Shown here piece by piece: positions 1 to 28,500 of a DNA stretch of 64,000 nucleotides (positions are counted from its first letter, which is position 1; each line of letters starts with the position of its first letter). Origin of the DNA: Podarcis cretensis (Eukaryota). The notes beneath the pieces were generated by a model. That model was not told the origin of the DNA, made no database searches, and worked only from the letters and a program-made list of their open reading frames with translations. The position numbers and the translations under genes were made by a program. The stretch spans positions 55,428,001 through 55,492,000 of the forward strand of contig OX638151.1 of NCBI GenBank assembly GCA_951804945.1. Direction: 5' to 3'.

Positions 1-3000
1 ACTTAAACTGCTCAGCACCTGTCACTGCTGTGGGATTACCAAATGGGGAGAAGAAAATACCCTGCATTAAAGGGGATGTGGTAATGACTTAATGGAGCAT
101 ATCCCAAAGAATATTGGAAAGGCTTTAATATGGTCAATCTGTATACTTTGGAAATGGGCTTCCATTTTGTCATTTCTGCTTAGTAAAGGTCACCACAGAA
201 TTTGCAACAGGAAAGCTATGCTATTCTGCCTTACTAGTTCCTTAAGGTTTATAAGATACGCTGTGTCTTTAAGGGATTTGTCTGTTATTGGTGGCTGTTG
301 TAAGAAAAATGAAAGACAATTGGGAATGATCAATAGAGTGTAAACATTCATAGATATGATAGATAGCCCATTCACCTTATTACAGTGATTGAATACAGGT
401 GTGGGTAATATTTCACCTGCATCCAGTTTGCCATTTATTTTGATATCCTCAGGCAGAGAGGCAATGACTGCAAGGCATTTGACCTATGCACATGTGGGCC
501 TTTGGGTTAGAGACTATAATGAACTGTGTAGTACAGCAGAGGGTCTGTATATTTCTATTATTGTGAAGTCAGAGAAAATTGTACAGCGCTACAAAGAATA
601 AAATCCAGTTTTCCTCTTAATATATCTTGCAAATTCCTATTTTATTTTATTTTTTACAACCAAGGAGGGAAAGCAATATTGCACCATTCATAGCTGTATA
701 TTAACTACAGTAAAGTTTTAACTATTTTTTGAAGTTGTGAATAGGGAGAGAAAGAGAGTTTTGTTAATAAATAACAAATATGAGAGGTTAGCAGTCACTT
801 TCCTGCCAGCGATTTAACTCTTTCACAAGGTTTATGTAAGAATATAGGATTCGAGAATTTAGCAAGTTTTCCTTATGTAAAAAGGAAAGGCAGCATGTTG
901 TGGGGTGTCAGTTCTGTGCATTTTATGAGGGGAATAACGTTGGAGGCTGTCAGTGCCACCATTTCTCTCTGTCTAGCTAGGAAGCTGACCAGGTAGTGCC
1001 AGCAGCTTGCTTAATGCCGAGAAGTGCAAGGCAGAATTGTTTACAGGAATGGCAGATTGATAGTGGAATAACCCTCCTGGGTCAGAGGAAGGTTCATCAG
1101 TTCCCACATTCTGTCTCCCAGGGATGTAAAACATGGGTCACACTGAGCGTCCTCACCTCAGAATCCGACATTTGGATGTAAATTGCTTCCATATAACTGA
1201 GATTCCTTTTAACAGCTAGTTTATTTAAAAGTAAACTATCAGGAAGGAAAAAACTTTATTTTGTCTGACCTGAACCTACTGCGAATCAGTGCCTTTGGAT
1301 TTCTGTGTTTGTGTGTGTATGAGAGAGAGAGAGAATTTTCTACCTCATGCTTCCCCACCCACATAGTTGTCTCTTTTCTAAACAAACAAACAAAGTCCCA
1401 ATGTTTTAATAAGGGAAATGTCCTAAGGCCTTTCCCAGCGACCCAACTGCAGCCCTGTACCCACACAACCCTGACCCTGCATTTAAAAATAAGGTATTCT
1501 AGAACAGAATCCTGTGGAGTCCTGACGAGACTTCTCTCTGTAGAAATGATGTAACATCTCCTCTCATTTGCCAATATGTTCAACCAGAACATAGTCACTT
1601 TCCCTCCATAAAAGGGTCTCTTTCTTGGCTTTTTCCTTCCATACCATCACTGTGCCTTACGTAGGTATTTCAGGATTTGGGTAGTATCAGTCTGTTTCTG
1701 CTGTTAGCAACATCAGTAAGCCTGGAAACCTTGCCCGCCCCCCTAAAGATGTTGGAAGCAGCAGAGTGAGGATGAAGATATATGAACAGGCCTCAATTCC
1801 CAAACAAAGTGTAATAAATGGAAAAAATATTAAGTACCACTGCCCTAAAGGGGGCAGATCTCTGAGGAAGTTGTCCTACAAGTGTTTGCCCCTTTGATCT
1901 ATATTCATAACGAAGTTTATGCTGTCGGTTCATCCAGTGTGTTTAAAGCAATTATAGTGTTCATTAAATAATTTATCAGATCTGGAAAGAGCCAGACAAC
2001 CCATGGTCCAGAAAGTCTCACTAATTATGCTCAAACTGTACTGGAGAATAGATTTAAACAAAGCCCTGCAGAACATAAATTAACTTAGATTGGTACATTA
2101 CTGAGGCTAAATACTGCAGTTTCCCTTGGTTGCAAAACTAGTTCTGAATGCATGAGACTCGCCTAGAATATATAATTCCAAATGTCCATTTTATCTCTGG
2201 CACTGTTTTAGAGTGTGTGTTTTCTCCTACATTCAGTGCTTTTTACTGGCTTTGAAGATTGTATTGATATGGATTCACATTGCCACCCTTTATTTCCTTG
2301 CCAGAAATATTTTGAGCAAATTCCATTTTTTCCTTCCTTTAAAATATGTTTTGAGTATCAGAGTTGTGAAGCAACAAATCTGCACTATACTTTGCAAATC
2401 TGAGTGGCATTCCTCTCCCACTATGTGTTCTGTACTCTTAATCTCAAGATTTTCCATAGCACGTAGTAAAGATTTGAAACTTTTCCAGGTGAAATATGGA
2501 ATGCTAAGAGAATTATGTGATAGAATTGTAATTAAACAGTGGTGCAAAATTTTTGTGTTACTTCACCTAATTCTTGGGCATATTTTTGGGAGTGAGGTGT
2601 TTTGACACTTGGTTTAAAATAGTATTTTCATTTCAACTATTCCAGTAAGCAAACTGAGGTTACATGAGGCTGGAAATTTTACTTAATTCCAAAATGTCAA
2701 AACAATTCATTCTCTCTGATGCATTTCCAGACAGTAAAAGCATAGTCTTGAGAGTTGGTCTTGTCTTTAAATAGGACATCTTACTTTTATCTTTTTGTAA
2801 GCTCTTCCTTGATTTCCATTTTGTCTCCCATTACTTGTCATTGATTTAATCTGTTAGATTATCTGTCACTAATAATCTAATGCAGTTGAAGGAGACAATC
2901 CCCACAGAGTGTTAATTAAAGGCAAATGGCATAAATATGTCAATTGGCTATCAGGACAACTAGTAGATCACAGTAAGAGTAAATCACTGCAGAAGGAATG

Positions 3001-3948
3001 CCATTTTAACACATGGCTAGCTTTATGCTACTTTTAATCACTGTTACTATTTTATTATTGAAAATCACCCTGAAAATATATATTTATAAAAATATGTGTG
3101 TGGTATAGAAAACTATTAATGGGGAAGTCTTTGACACCTTAAAGCATCTTCCACCCTACAAAGCAGATGCTGCTAATTCATTCGTTTTTGAAAATTTGTA
3201 GTATTGTAGTTTTCTTTTTTAAAAAAAATCTTATGTGATTGCTTTTGACGGGAGAGCAATTACAGTTTTGCATGAGCTAATAGTTGTTACACTTGGCCGC
3301 TCATCTTGTTTAAATTCCAATATCAGAATTAATTACAGGAAGCTTTTACAGCTTTCAAGCAGCTTTGCAGTTTTTATTAAGGGAGGATCACATTTCAGAG
3401 ACACAGCTCCTCCTAGCTGAGCCTTCTTTCTCTATCTGGGTCTCTTTGAACCCTGAGACTCTTCTTAAGAGAGACATCTAGTTATGCTATTACTGATGGG
3501 AGCTAGTTATGCTATTACTGATGAGACTGCACCAAGCAGCTCTTAAATTTTGGAGTGCTTTAAAAAAAGAAAGAGCTGTAAATACCTATCGGTTTCATTG
3601 TCTGTTTTGCACACCGATTAATCTGACCTCTGATAATATGAGGCAGCAGGCAACTGATCAGCATGTCCTTTGTTCAGCCTTTCAAACCAGCATTTTTATG
3701 CGGAAAAAAACCTTACCAAGCATTTGCCACTTTCTCCTCTCAGCCTTTTGTTTCTTCCCTGTATTGAATGGGATCAAATTCCATGGGATCAAGTAGTCCT
3801 GGCAAAGCTGGCTTTTAGAGGGTCTTGAAATTTGCATCTTTTTCAGAGGGTGGAGTTGGCAGTCCACATATTCAGGCTTACATGCTGTGGCAAGATGTTT
3901 CACCTTTTTATTTTAACTCTTCTGGCCTCCCTTCTTCTCATGTTTTAG

Positions 3949-19209
<15,261 letters not shown>

Positions 19210-19423
19210 ATGCATAAGGCAAGACTCTGGGAAAGGCAGGTTTTCAATGCTGACCTTTCTTTCTGAAGGGTCACTGAACAGTCATACCAAAAAAATAAAT
19301 AATCCCCAAACCCTCACACCTGTCAGATGCTACCTGATTTTAGCTTAATACAACATCAGTTTTAAGCATACAAGGATAGCCACCACAAGGTTTTCAGTCA
19401 AGACTTGGTGAAATTTGGTCCTA

Positions 19424-19436
19424 TGCTAGTGCCAAA
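19424..19436 (+). promoter_or_regulatory. miR-96-family target site in EZR 3'UTR
   Basis: TGCTAGTGCCAAA is the exact reverse complement of nt 1-13 of miR-96-5p (UUUGGCACUAGCA...). Confidence 0.7.
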
Positions 19437-20450
19437 AGGCTTGTCAGAATTGTTTCTTTTCCGTGTTACTATTGTGCTGCTTGTTACACTGCTTGTCTGC
19501 ACCCATTTCTATAGTGTAGGTATGTCCAGATTGGGGAATCAGCCTACTAGTTTGCTGCACCAGGTTGTTTCTTAAGCAGCACAGACAATTCAGGGTTGTA
19601 AAGATCTTCATGGCGTCCATCTCTTTCCCCCCCTTACATTGTTGACATTTCTACAGTGGTGGCAAGTAGTAAGTCTGAGGAAGCTTATTAATTGCACTGT
19701 TGTATTGGAGAAGTTCCCACAGTGATCATTCAGAAGCTATGCATTACAGGCACACTTGGATGCTCTTCTTACATAACAGATAGGCAGGGATATTGTTGGC
19801 CTTCAATGTTATTGAAGTGTGGTACTCCAGCTTAACCAATCAGCTGTAGTGTAGTATTTATATATACCTATGTTAAAGATGCAAGTGACAGATATAATTC
19901 TAGTTTGAAAAGGGAGGATAAAAGTTTTGGCTTTGTATATTTTGTTACTACTTTCAGACTTAATATGAAAAGAATAATGTAAAAAATAGACAATAATTTC
20001 TAGTCTCTGAAGCCAAGGCAGTGTAGGAAACTATTTTGATCTAGAAAACATTTGTAAAGATGATTTTTTTTTTTTACTTTAAAGCAAATTGTGATAACAT
20101 GGCTGTGATTCAGTATATACAATTTCACTGTACCTATTTTTTTTTTCTAACAAATTTTCTAATTTTTTAAAAATGATATAGTTTCAGACTCCAACCATGA
20201 AGGGACTTTGTCAGCTTATTTTCTCTATTAAAGAGAATTTCTATGGATTTCTTCTACCACTGTGTCCATGTTAACTTCCACCCGTGAAACAATCCCACCT
20301 CAGGCTTTGGAAATCTGCTAGAATGTCAAGTGAACAATACATTGTTAGCTCTGTTCAACATGTAACTCCCTATGCTGCTTTGTACTCAAAGACGTTTTAA
20401 CCGTTGTCTCCTGATAACAGTGTTGTGGGATTTGTTTGTGTAATTCAACA

Positions 20451-20456
20451 AATAAA
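20451..20456 (+). terminator. Probable EZR polyadenylation signal
   Basis: AATAAA about 1.24 kb after the stop, followed by a GT-rich tract; a second AATAAA at 20830-20835. Confidence 0.6.
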
Positions 20457-20546
20457 AAAAAATCTGCAAGGCAGCATGTGTTTGAAGTTCTGTGTGATTT
20501 CCCACCCTTCCCCCCCCAATACTTTCTATTCCTGCCATCAAAGATA

Positions 20547-20799
20547 CAGTGGTGCCTCGCAAGACGAAATTAATTCGTTCCGCGAGTTGCTTCGTCTTGC
20601 GATTTTTTCGTCTTGCGGAGCGTGGATTCCCCGGGTATTAACGGCTTTAAGAAAAAGAAAGCAAACCCGCAAGACGTTTTCGTCTTGCGAAGCAAGCCCA
20701 TAGGGAAATTCGTCTTGCGAATCACCTCAAAAAACGGAAAACCCTTTTGTCTAGCAAGTTTTTTGTCTTGCGAGGCATTCGTCTTGCGGGGCACCACTG
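20547..20799. mobile_element. Tc1/mariner (Tigger-like) MITE
   Basis: TIR CAGTGGTGCC(T/C)CGCAAGACG, TA TSD. Confidence 0.9.
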
Positions 20800-21120
20800 T
20801 ATTTGAAAAATTAATGGATGGTATTGGTAAATAAAACAGCTCATCTAGTCACACTACATTGGATCTCAACTTCCTTCTATAGAGTAAGTTAATGCCCATG
20901 TGTGCAATGGGTCGTCTTCCACATATCCCCATAATAAGCTCCAGAGGCTCAGACTCTGTGGACCAGATGGGGCGCATGCAGAGAACTGGAGGTGGGAGAA
21001 GAGAAATCAGAAGCTCCATTGTAGATGCTTCTTGTGCAAGCAGACTTGCTTCACTGGATGTCACTTGGAACAGATGAAACAAAGGAAGAACAGAAATCAT
21101 TGTAGTGATTGTATTATTAA

Positions 21121-21126
21121 TTTATT
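21121..21126 (-). terminator. Candidate SYTL3 polyadenylation signal
   Basis: TTTATT on + (AATAAA on -) about 1.27 kb after the SYTL3 stop. Confidence 0.4.
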
Positions 21127-21295
21127 TTATGACTGTGACATATCCTGTTTCCCTCACCATCCATTTTATCACAATAATTAAGTCCCTTGCATATCTGGTT
21201 AAAAGACCCTTAGATTTCCTTAGACACTAGGGAGCAGATGCCTGTTAGGGTAGATAACACTACATTAATTGGCTCAATAGTACTGGGCAGCTATA

Positions 21296-21503
21296 CAGTG
21301 GTACCTTGGTTTATGAACTTAATCCGTTCCTAAACTGAGGCACGCTTTCCCTAATGAGGCCTCCTGCCACCGGTGCCTTTCTACCGTTCAACTTCTGTTC
21401 TTGGACCGAGGTAAAGTTTGCCAACCAGGACACTACCGGTTTTGCGGAGTTCGTAAACTGAATAGTTTGTAAACACGGCTGTTCTTAAACCAAGGTACCA
21501 CTG
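21296..21503. mobile_element. Tc1/mariner MITE (second family)
   Basis: TIR CAGTGGTACCTTGGTTTA, left TA. Confidence 0.82.
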
Positions 21504-22396
21504 TCTATGGAACTAAGCAAAACACCCTCTTTGTGGTATTTTCCAGTTAAAGAAGAAATAAGTGGTTTGCAAAAACTTTCCAAAAAGGATACATGTGTGT
21601 GCTTGTTTCCCCTAGCCCAACTAATTACATGCATAGATAAAATGCCATACATTGGGGTTTTCTTTTACTTCTGTAGATTACAGATACCAATAAATCAAAG
21701 ATTTATCTCAAACGTTCATTGGAGGAGTTCTGTTCTTTGATGCTGACAAGCAGAAAGAATAGGTTGTCCAGATGCTGACATATTTTGGCTGCAGTTATAG
21801 GCGTCATCTCAAGTAATTGGTGCACAGTGCTGCTGAATTTACAGGCATAGCCAGATTGATTTAGGAGAACAAAGCTGAGACTGTCAAAGTAGAACAGAAA
21901 TATGGAGAAAGAAAAAGGTTTGGGCTGATTATGAGAGAGAAAGAAGCAGGCAGCAGTGAAAATGAACAAGGGTGTTACAGCAAACATTCTTGCATTGCTT
22001 AGTCCTAGCCTTTGGAGTTTGCAAAAAGAGATGCAACCATTAAATAGTCCATCAACAGCAGCATTAAATTCCCAGTCTAATCTTGCTATTGCTTGAATTG
22101 TGCCAGGAAATAATGCCTGCTGCTCTGGCTAACTAGTTTCCCAGAGAAATAGGTGAACTCTAAATTTGTAGTTAACACTTCTGGTGTTTGTGGATCTGAG
22201 GTTCTTTCATACATGCACAGCCTGACTTGCTGTGAAGCTCCTGACATGCACAGAGATCAGTAAAGCTGTTTCCTTGTTCTTTTCATTCATTGTTTACATT
22301 TCTTGGGGTTAAAATAACTGGCATACCATACTTGTCTGAGCAGGCAATGACCAATGCTACACATAGCTTTCCATATGTTGTTAAGGCAAGAGACAT

Positions 22397-22527
22397 TCAG
22401 AATTTAAAGGCAGGAGCATTAGGGTACAGTGAAAGTGCTATGTCTGTCCATGTGTCTGGGCTGCTTAGCATCTTTTCCCACTGAAGACATGCTTGGGAGG
22501 TTGCATCCACTGTACCGGTTGATGTTT
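22397..22527 (-). CDS. SYTL3: SYTL3 last coding exon ([42 protein letters not shown])
   Basis: polypyrimidine-ccag|AA...TGA, 131 nt, correct phase; not in the supplied ORF track. Confidence 0.93.
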
Positions 22528-25500
22528 CTGGAAACATAAGAAAGGGAAAGTGACTCATCTTGACTTTGTCCATTTAATAGCTCTCATTTTGTTAAGAAAA
22601 CCTAACACCTCATGTCCTGATAGAATGCAGTACATGAATTACAATCAAGAATTAGGCAAAGGCTCCTCACATCTTGAGTTTCAATAGATACCATTATGTT
22701 TGCAAAACAGAGCATATCTGGGGTGTGAGAGTCAGACCTAGCAGTTTCTTTGTTTATCTTACATGCAAACTTTGGAAGCAGAGCAAAAAGTTCAGTCTAC
22801 TCTTCCAACTCCCTTTGCAGAGATGTCACATCTATTTATATGTGACAAATAAAACTTTGTGCTTTAAACATGTTTACATTCTACAAAGCCCTTTCCTGAA
22901 ACCATGTCCTTTGAAGACAGTACAGTGGTACCTCGGGTTAAGTACTTAATTTGTTCCAGAGGTCTGTTCATAACCTGAAACTGTTCTTAATTTGAAGAAC
23001 CACTTTAGCTAATGGGGCCTCCTGCTGCCGCCGCACCGCCGGAGCACGATTTCTGTTCTCATCCTGAAGCAAAGTTCTTAACCCAAGGTACTATTTCGGG
23101 TTAGTGGAGTCTGTAACCTGAAGCGTATGTAACCCGGGGTACCACTGTTCATTCGGAACCAGCTCTCTGAAATTTGTTCCTACAAAGTTTTGAGTACTGA
23201 GATTCAGGCTGCTTCATGCATTTATCTGGTCAATGGGTCTCTTTTGCATGGTGAAAGTACACAGTGGAAACACACACTCAAAGCAAGGGTCCTCAATCTT
23301 TTAAAATTCCAGGACCAAAATAATGGGAATCCCTGGCACCCCAAAATACCATTTTGCCAGAGAAAAAACTGGTGATACTCAGTGAAGCAAAATATTCATG
23401 CACACTCCAAATAAGCAGAAGAAACGGGCAAACAAAAAGCAAGTTAAACAATAAAAAGCAGCCAAAATACCAGGAACCTCTCCCCCCCCCCCGCCCCAAT
23501 TAAACAACATGCAATCTGGGGTATGAAAAGGAAGAGCGCAGGGCAGCTGGAGGCCTGCACTTCCCTTTCCAGCAAGATTTAAAAGCTGGAAAGGAGCTCA
23601 AAAAATGTTTTCAAAAGAAATGGCAGGGGGTCTGGGGATGCCATGATGCCCACGGGCACCATGTTGGGGGCTCCAGAATTAGAGTACAATTGGCCAACTA
23701 AGTGTGTGGATCATCGTTGAGTATGATCTATTGCAAGCAAACGTTAGAAATTAATCAATGCTTGAAGTGATAAGACAGACCTGTGTGTATTAAATTGTGT
23801 GCTGGGAAATGCTAAACCCCTGGAGAACTAATTGAGAGATAGGCTAAATTTCCCTTGTCCAGAAAATCATCTTGGGGTGGGGGGATGAGTCATTACAAAA
23901 GCCAATGGATCAAATGAACTTTGTGTAAGATGGCAAATAGATCAACAGATAAAGAGGGCTTGCAGTAGCAAGAGTTAAGAGTGATGTCTCTGGAAAGTTA
24001 TGTGGGCAGAAGCTAAAGAAAAGCTGCAGGCAGGCAGAGAGCCATGGCTGATGTTTGACTCCTAAGCTGCACCTATGGAGGAAGCAAGAGCCTCTTGAAG
24101 TATAATGCTGGGAACCTCTCCATCATAGGGTCAGGTTGTATATATGTGTAAATAAACCATATAACATAAAGGCACCACAGTCATTGCTGTGCCTCATTCC
24201 CGAAACATGAACCTTGGGTAAGCATGCCTGGAACCCCTGGAATCTCACACTGCTTGGCAATTGGGGTGGCGTGTAACAATACCTTTATAACAAATGCAGT
24301 AGTTCTCCCTCCTTTACAAGAGATGTATACAGACTTCCGGAGGCGGAGCGTCCGGCAATGGCTGCCCTCTTCTAACTGCGAAGAGGGAGCTCCGCAGAAA
24401 CGGGTCGTCCGCTACGGCGCAGCGGAGACCCACATCGGGAAACCACAGGCAGCGAAAGCCTGTGGCCGTGGGACTCGGCGGGCACCAGGAGCGCCCCCCG
24501 AAACGTAGAAGGGACCTCGTAAGAGGTCCCGGAACGTGGAAGGGTTGGCGCGGTGCTGTGAGTCAATCGCTCTTTCTGGGGAGTGAAGCCGCGTAGCTGC
24601 TGTCGGTGAGCGCTGTCCTCTTTTCCTGGAAACATTCGGCTGGAAACCAACAACTCGTGAGTAAGATAAGAAAGAAAGATTTGGACGTAAATTTCTACTA
24701 ATTCGGCTAAAAGCGAGAGACGTAACCAGGAAGTCCGTCTCTTGCCACTGCTTAAGATTCAAAGCAAAGACTTTGATCTTTGGAGTCTTTGAAGAGGCGC
24801 TAAAAGGCAATCAACTCTCACATCTATTTAAGTGTTTAGGACTTAACTTTTTAAAAGCCTTATTTTGGAATATGAACTGCTTGTTACCTGCTCTGTTGAA
24901 TTTACAAATTGACAAAGAATCCCAGGCAGTTGGACTGCCTAGATAACAAAACTGTCAGATTGCAAGACTTTGACACTTTGTTGCTGGAGTTATTACTAGC
25001 TGAGCTTTAGTGAAACTGTTACATTGAACTGATATATCTTGCACTTATTGAGACATTGTTATACTTGGAGACCAACTCTGCCAAATACAATTAAACTGAA
25101 GGTCTTTTGGAAATTAAAGGCTGTTTGGACAGAGCTAAATATTGAAATTTGGAAAATTCTGAAGATTTAAATAAGTGACATTAACGATTTGACTTCTTCT
25201 CTATAACAAAACTGGGCTCCATCTAGTGGGCTCCGGATTTACAATTATATGTGACTTTTCTTTTGGTTTCCCTTCCTCTTAAAAGTTTACTTTATGGACT
25301 TGTGGATTCCCATGGGAACACATTCATTTTGACCTTGACTTGCAGACAGAATTGGAATGAGTGGCACTGGAAGACAAACAAGAGCGGCTAGAGGAAAAAG
25401 GCAAACAACTTTGACTCTACTTTCACAGCCGCGCAGATCATCTGTTCCTGATGTTTTGGAACTAGAGGAAAGTGAGCAGCTGCTGGAAGAAGATATGGCA

Positions 25501-28500
25501 TCAGGGGGATCTGCTTCAGTATTAGACAGAATTCTTGAAAAATTGGAAGGCTTAGATAAAAAAGTGGATGAGCAAACGGCTAAGATTGATCAGACTAGAG
25601 ACTGTGTCAACAAGTTAACTGAGCAAGTTACTTTGAACGCACAAGCAATTGGCAAATTAACTGAATCTACTGTAGAAAATCGGAAATTGGCAGAGGAAGC
25701 CATCCAGAAAACTGAGGCACTGGAGCAGGAGGTAAGGCCACTCCACAAACAGGTTGGGGAACAGCAGGCCTATCTGTCCATGACCGAACTTCGGGCCCGG
25801 GAAAATAACTTAAAACTGAGGTTCATACCAGAACTGGAACCCGAACAAGGTAACTTAATTGAGTTTTTGACTAAGGAATTCTCCAATTGGTGGCCTTTGG
25901 AGGAAGAAAAGGATTTTAAAATTGTGACGGCTTTTAGACTTGGGAAATCAACAAGGAAGGACAAGCCCAGAGACTGTTTGATTACTTTGAGATCCAAGGA
26001 GGAAAGAGACAAGATACTAGGACTACACTACGGAAAGTCACTTGAAATTTTGGACAAAAGAGCAGAGATTTACAAGGACATTCCTAAACAACTCCTGGAC
26101 CTTAGATCCACCTACCTTAAACTAGTAAGGCTGTTGAGGAGCAACTCAATTATCTTTAGGTGGGAATTTCCACAAGGTCTATCTTTTACGTTCAGAGGGA
26201 AGAAGGTAAAAATTAAAACAGCTGAAGATGGAGATAAATTTTTGAATAGTTACGGAGAGGACCTTCAGAAAGGGATTGCAGAACCTTCAGGGGCTGGACC
26301 ATCGCCTGTATCTATACCTACACCTTTGGGGTCTGAAGACCAGAACAAAAAGACACCACCACCAGGGCAATAATAGATAAATCCAGGATGTCTCTGCAAC
26401 TTCTGAGCTGGAACATAAATGGCGCCAACATCCCGGAGAAAAGGAGAAGGATATTTCATATTTTGAAAAAAGAACAATTGGACATTATTTGTTTGCAAGA
26501 AACACATGTGACTAGGCTACATAGAAAAGTGTTAATAAATAAAAGATTAGGCCAAGAATTTATCTCTTCGGATCGAGTTAAGAAAAGAGGTGTGGTGATA
26601 TATGCAAAAGAGAGCCTGTCACCAAAATTTCTATTTAAAGATGAACAAGGAAGAATCCTGGCAATTGAGATTCAGAATCAAGGAGAAAAGTTTTTGATAT
26701 TAGGAATTTATGCGCCAAATGACGGAAAATCGGAATTCTACAAGAAGCTGCATGAGATAATGCTGGATTATCTGAACTATGATAACATCATTATGATGGG
26801 AGACATGAATGGAGTGGTATCAACTAACATGGATAAGTCGCATAGTCAAAGTGTAACAAAAGAAGGCAGACTACCTAAAACATTTTTTGAATTGACTGAC
26901 AACATGGACTTGATTGACACCTGGAGAACAAAGAACCCTCTAGGAAGAGAAGGAACATTCTTTTCTGAAGCCCAACTGACATGGACAAGAATCGACCAAA
27001 TATGGACAACTAGAGGCCTGGCACCCAAGATAAAAAAAGTGGAAATCTGCCCAAAGACCTGCTCCGACCATAACGCTGTAAAGATGGACATGAGACTAAC
27101 CCCAACCGGCTCCTTCAGATGGAGGATGAATGACAATTTGTTTAGAGATCAGGAGATCATTAAAAAGGCCCAAAAAGCTTTGAGGGACTACTTTGAGATA
27201 AATCTGAACACTACGGTGGAAAAAAGAATCGTCTGGGACGCAAGTAAGGCTGTTATGAGGGGGTTTCTGATACAACAGAACACTATAAAGAAAAAAGCAC
27301 AGAATGAGAAAAAAGATAAGATTTTGGAGAAAATTAAAGAAGGTGAGAAGAAGTTGAGATCGAGACCGAAATCAAAGGAGATTTTAAGAGAAATTAAACT
27401 TTACCAAGCACAATATTCAAAATTGATAAATCAGGAGGTGGAATGGAAAGTTAAATTAATGAAACAAAGATCCTTTGAATCAGCAAATAAATGTGGAAAG
27501 CTGCTAGCATGGCAGCTGAAAAAGAGACAAAAATTGAACACGGTAACAAATTTAGAAATTGAAGGAAGAAACATCCAGAACCCAGTGGAGATCAGAAAGT
27601 GTTTCCAGAGATACTTCAAACAATTATATACACAAGGGCCGCAAAACGAAGAGGAGATAGAACAATTTCTAAAGAAGAATGGTTTACCAAGGTTGTCCCT
27701 GCGAAATAGAACAATCCTGAACTACAAAATAACACAACAAGAGATTGATGAAGTGTCAGGGAACTGCCATCGGAAAGGCAGGAGGTGGAGGGTCTCTCAG
27801 AAGTCAGGAGAGAGCAGCGGAGGAAGGCACCAGCAGAGGGAGAGTGGGAGATCAGAGAGAGAGAGAAACGAAGGAATGGCTCAGGGAGTCTTCCAGCGAT
27901 AACAGCGGAGAAGTCTCAGGTCCTCCCATAGGTACACCCACTCCTCGCCGGAAACTGTCGCGCCGAGAATCCAGAAGACGCGTTTCCGTCAAGGAGCTTT
28001 TATGCTGGAGTAGATTCCGTAAACGCCCACTGTCGGATTCTGCCAGCGATTGAGGGAGCCACGCTTAAGGGCTCCGCTAAAGACAGAGTCTTGCTAAGCT
28101 GAGCAAACTCTGAGGGACTAAGCTTTTACGCACAAGCAGCTCATCATCCCATCACATGAAGCCATTCAGAATATGCAATTGGGCAAGTCTCCAGGGCCAG
28201 ATGGACTTACCTCCAAATATTATAAGACATTGAAAGATTATTTGATACATCCATTAATGGAGGTTTGCAATGAAATTATGGAAGGGAAGAAGGCACCAGA
28301 GTCGTGAAAAGAGGCTTTCATCACATTGATACCCAAACTAGAAACCGAAAAGGCACAACTTAAGAACTACCGCCCCATCTCCCTCCTGAATGTGGATTAC
28401 AAAATTTTTGCAGACATTTTGGCAAGTAGATTTAAAAAAGTGTTAAATGAAGTGATCCATAAGGACCAAGCAGGTTTTCTCCCAGGTAGACATTTGTTTG

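Noticed and set aside
1-3900. EZR first coding exons or other genes in the short ORFs
   Set aside because: No MPKP/INVRVTTMDAELEF coding sequence found; ORFs look like random intronic frames.
20849-21987. Minus-strand ORFs 20849-21100 and 21703-21987 as SYTL3 terminal exon
   Set aside because: No similarity to the Slp3 C-terminus; the true exon is 22397-22527.
27745-28053. Arg-rich ORF resembling a hepadnavirus core tail
   Set aside because: Resemblance is only compositional (TPxPRR); the ATG lies in the host L1/TSD and the segment has LTR termini.
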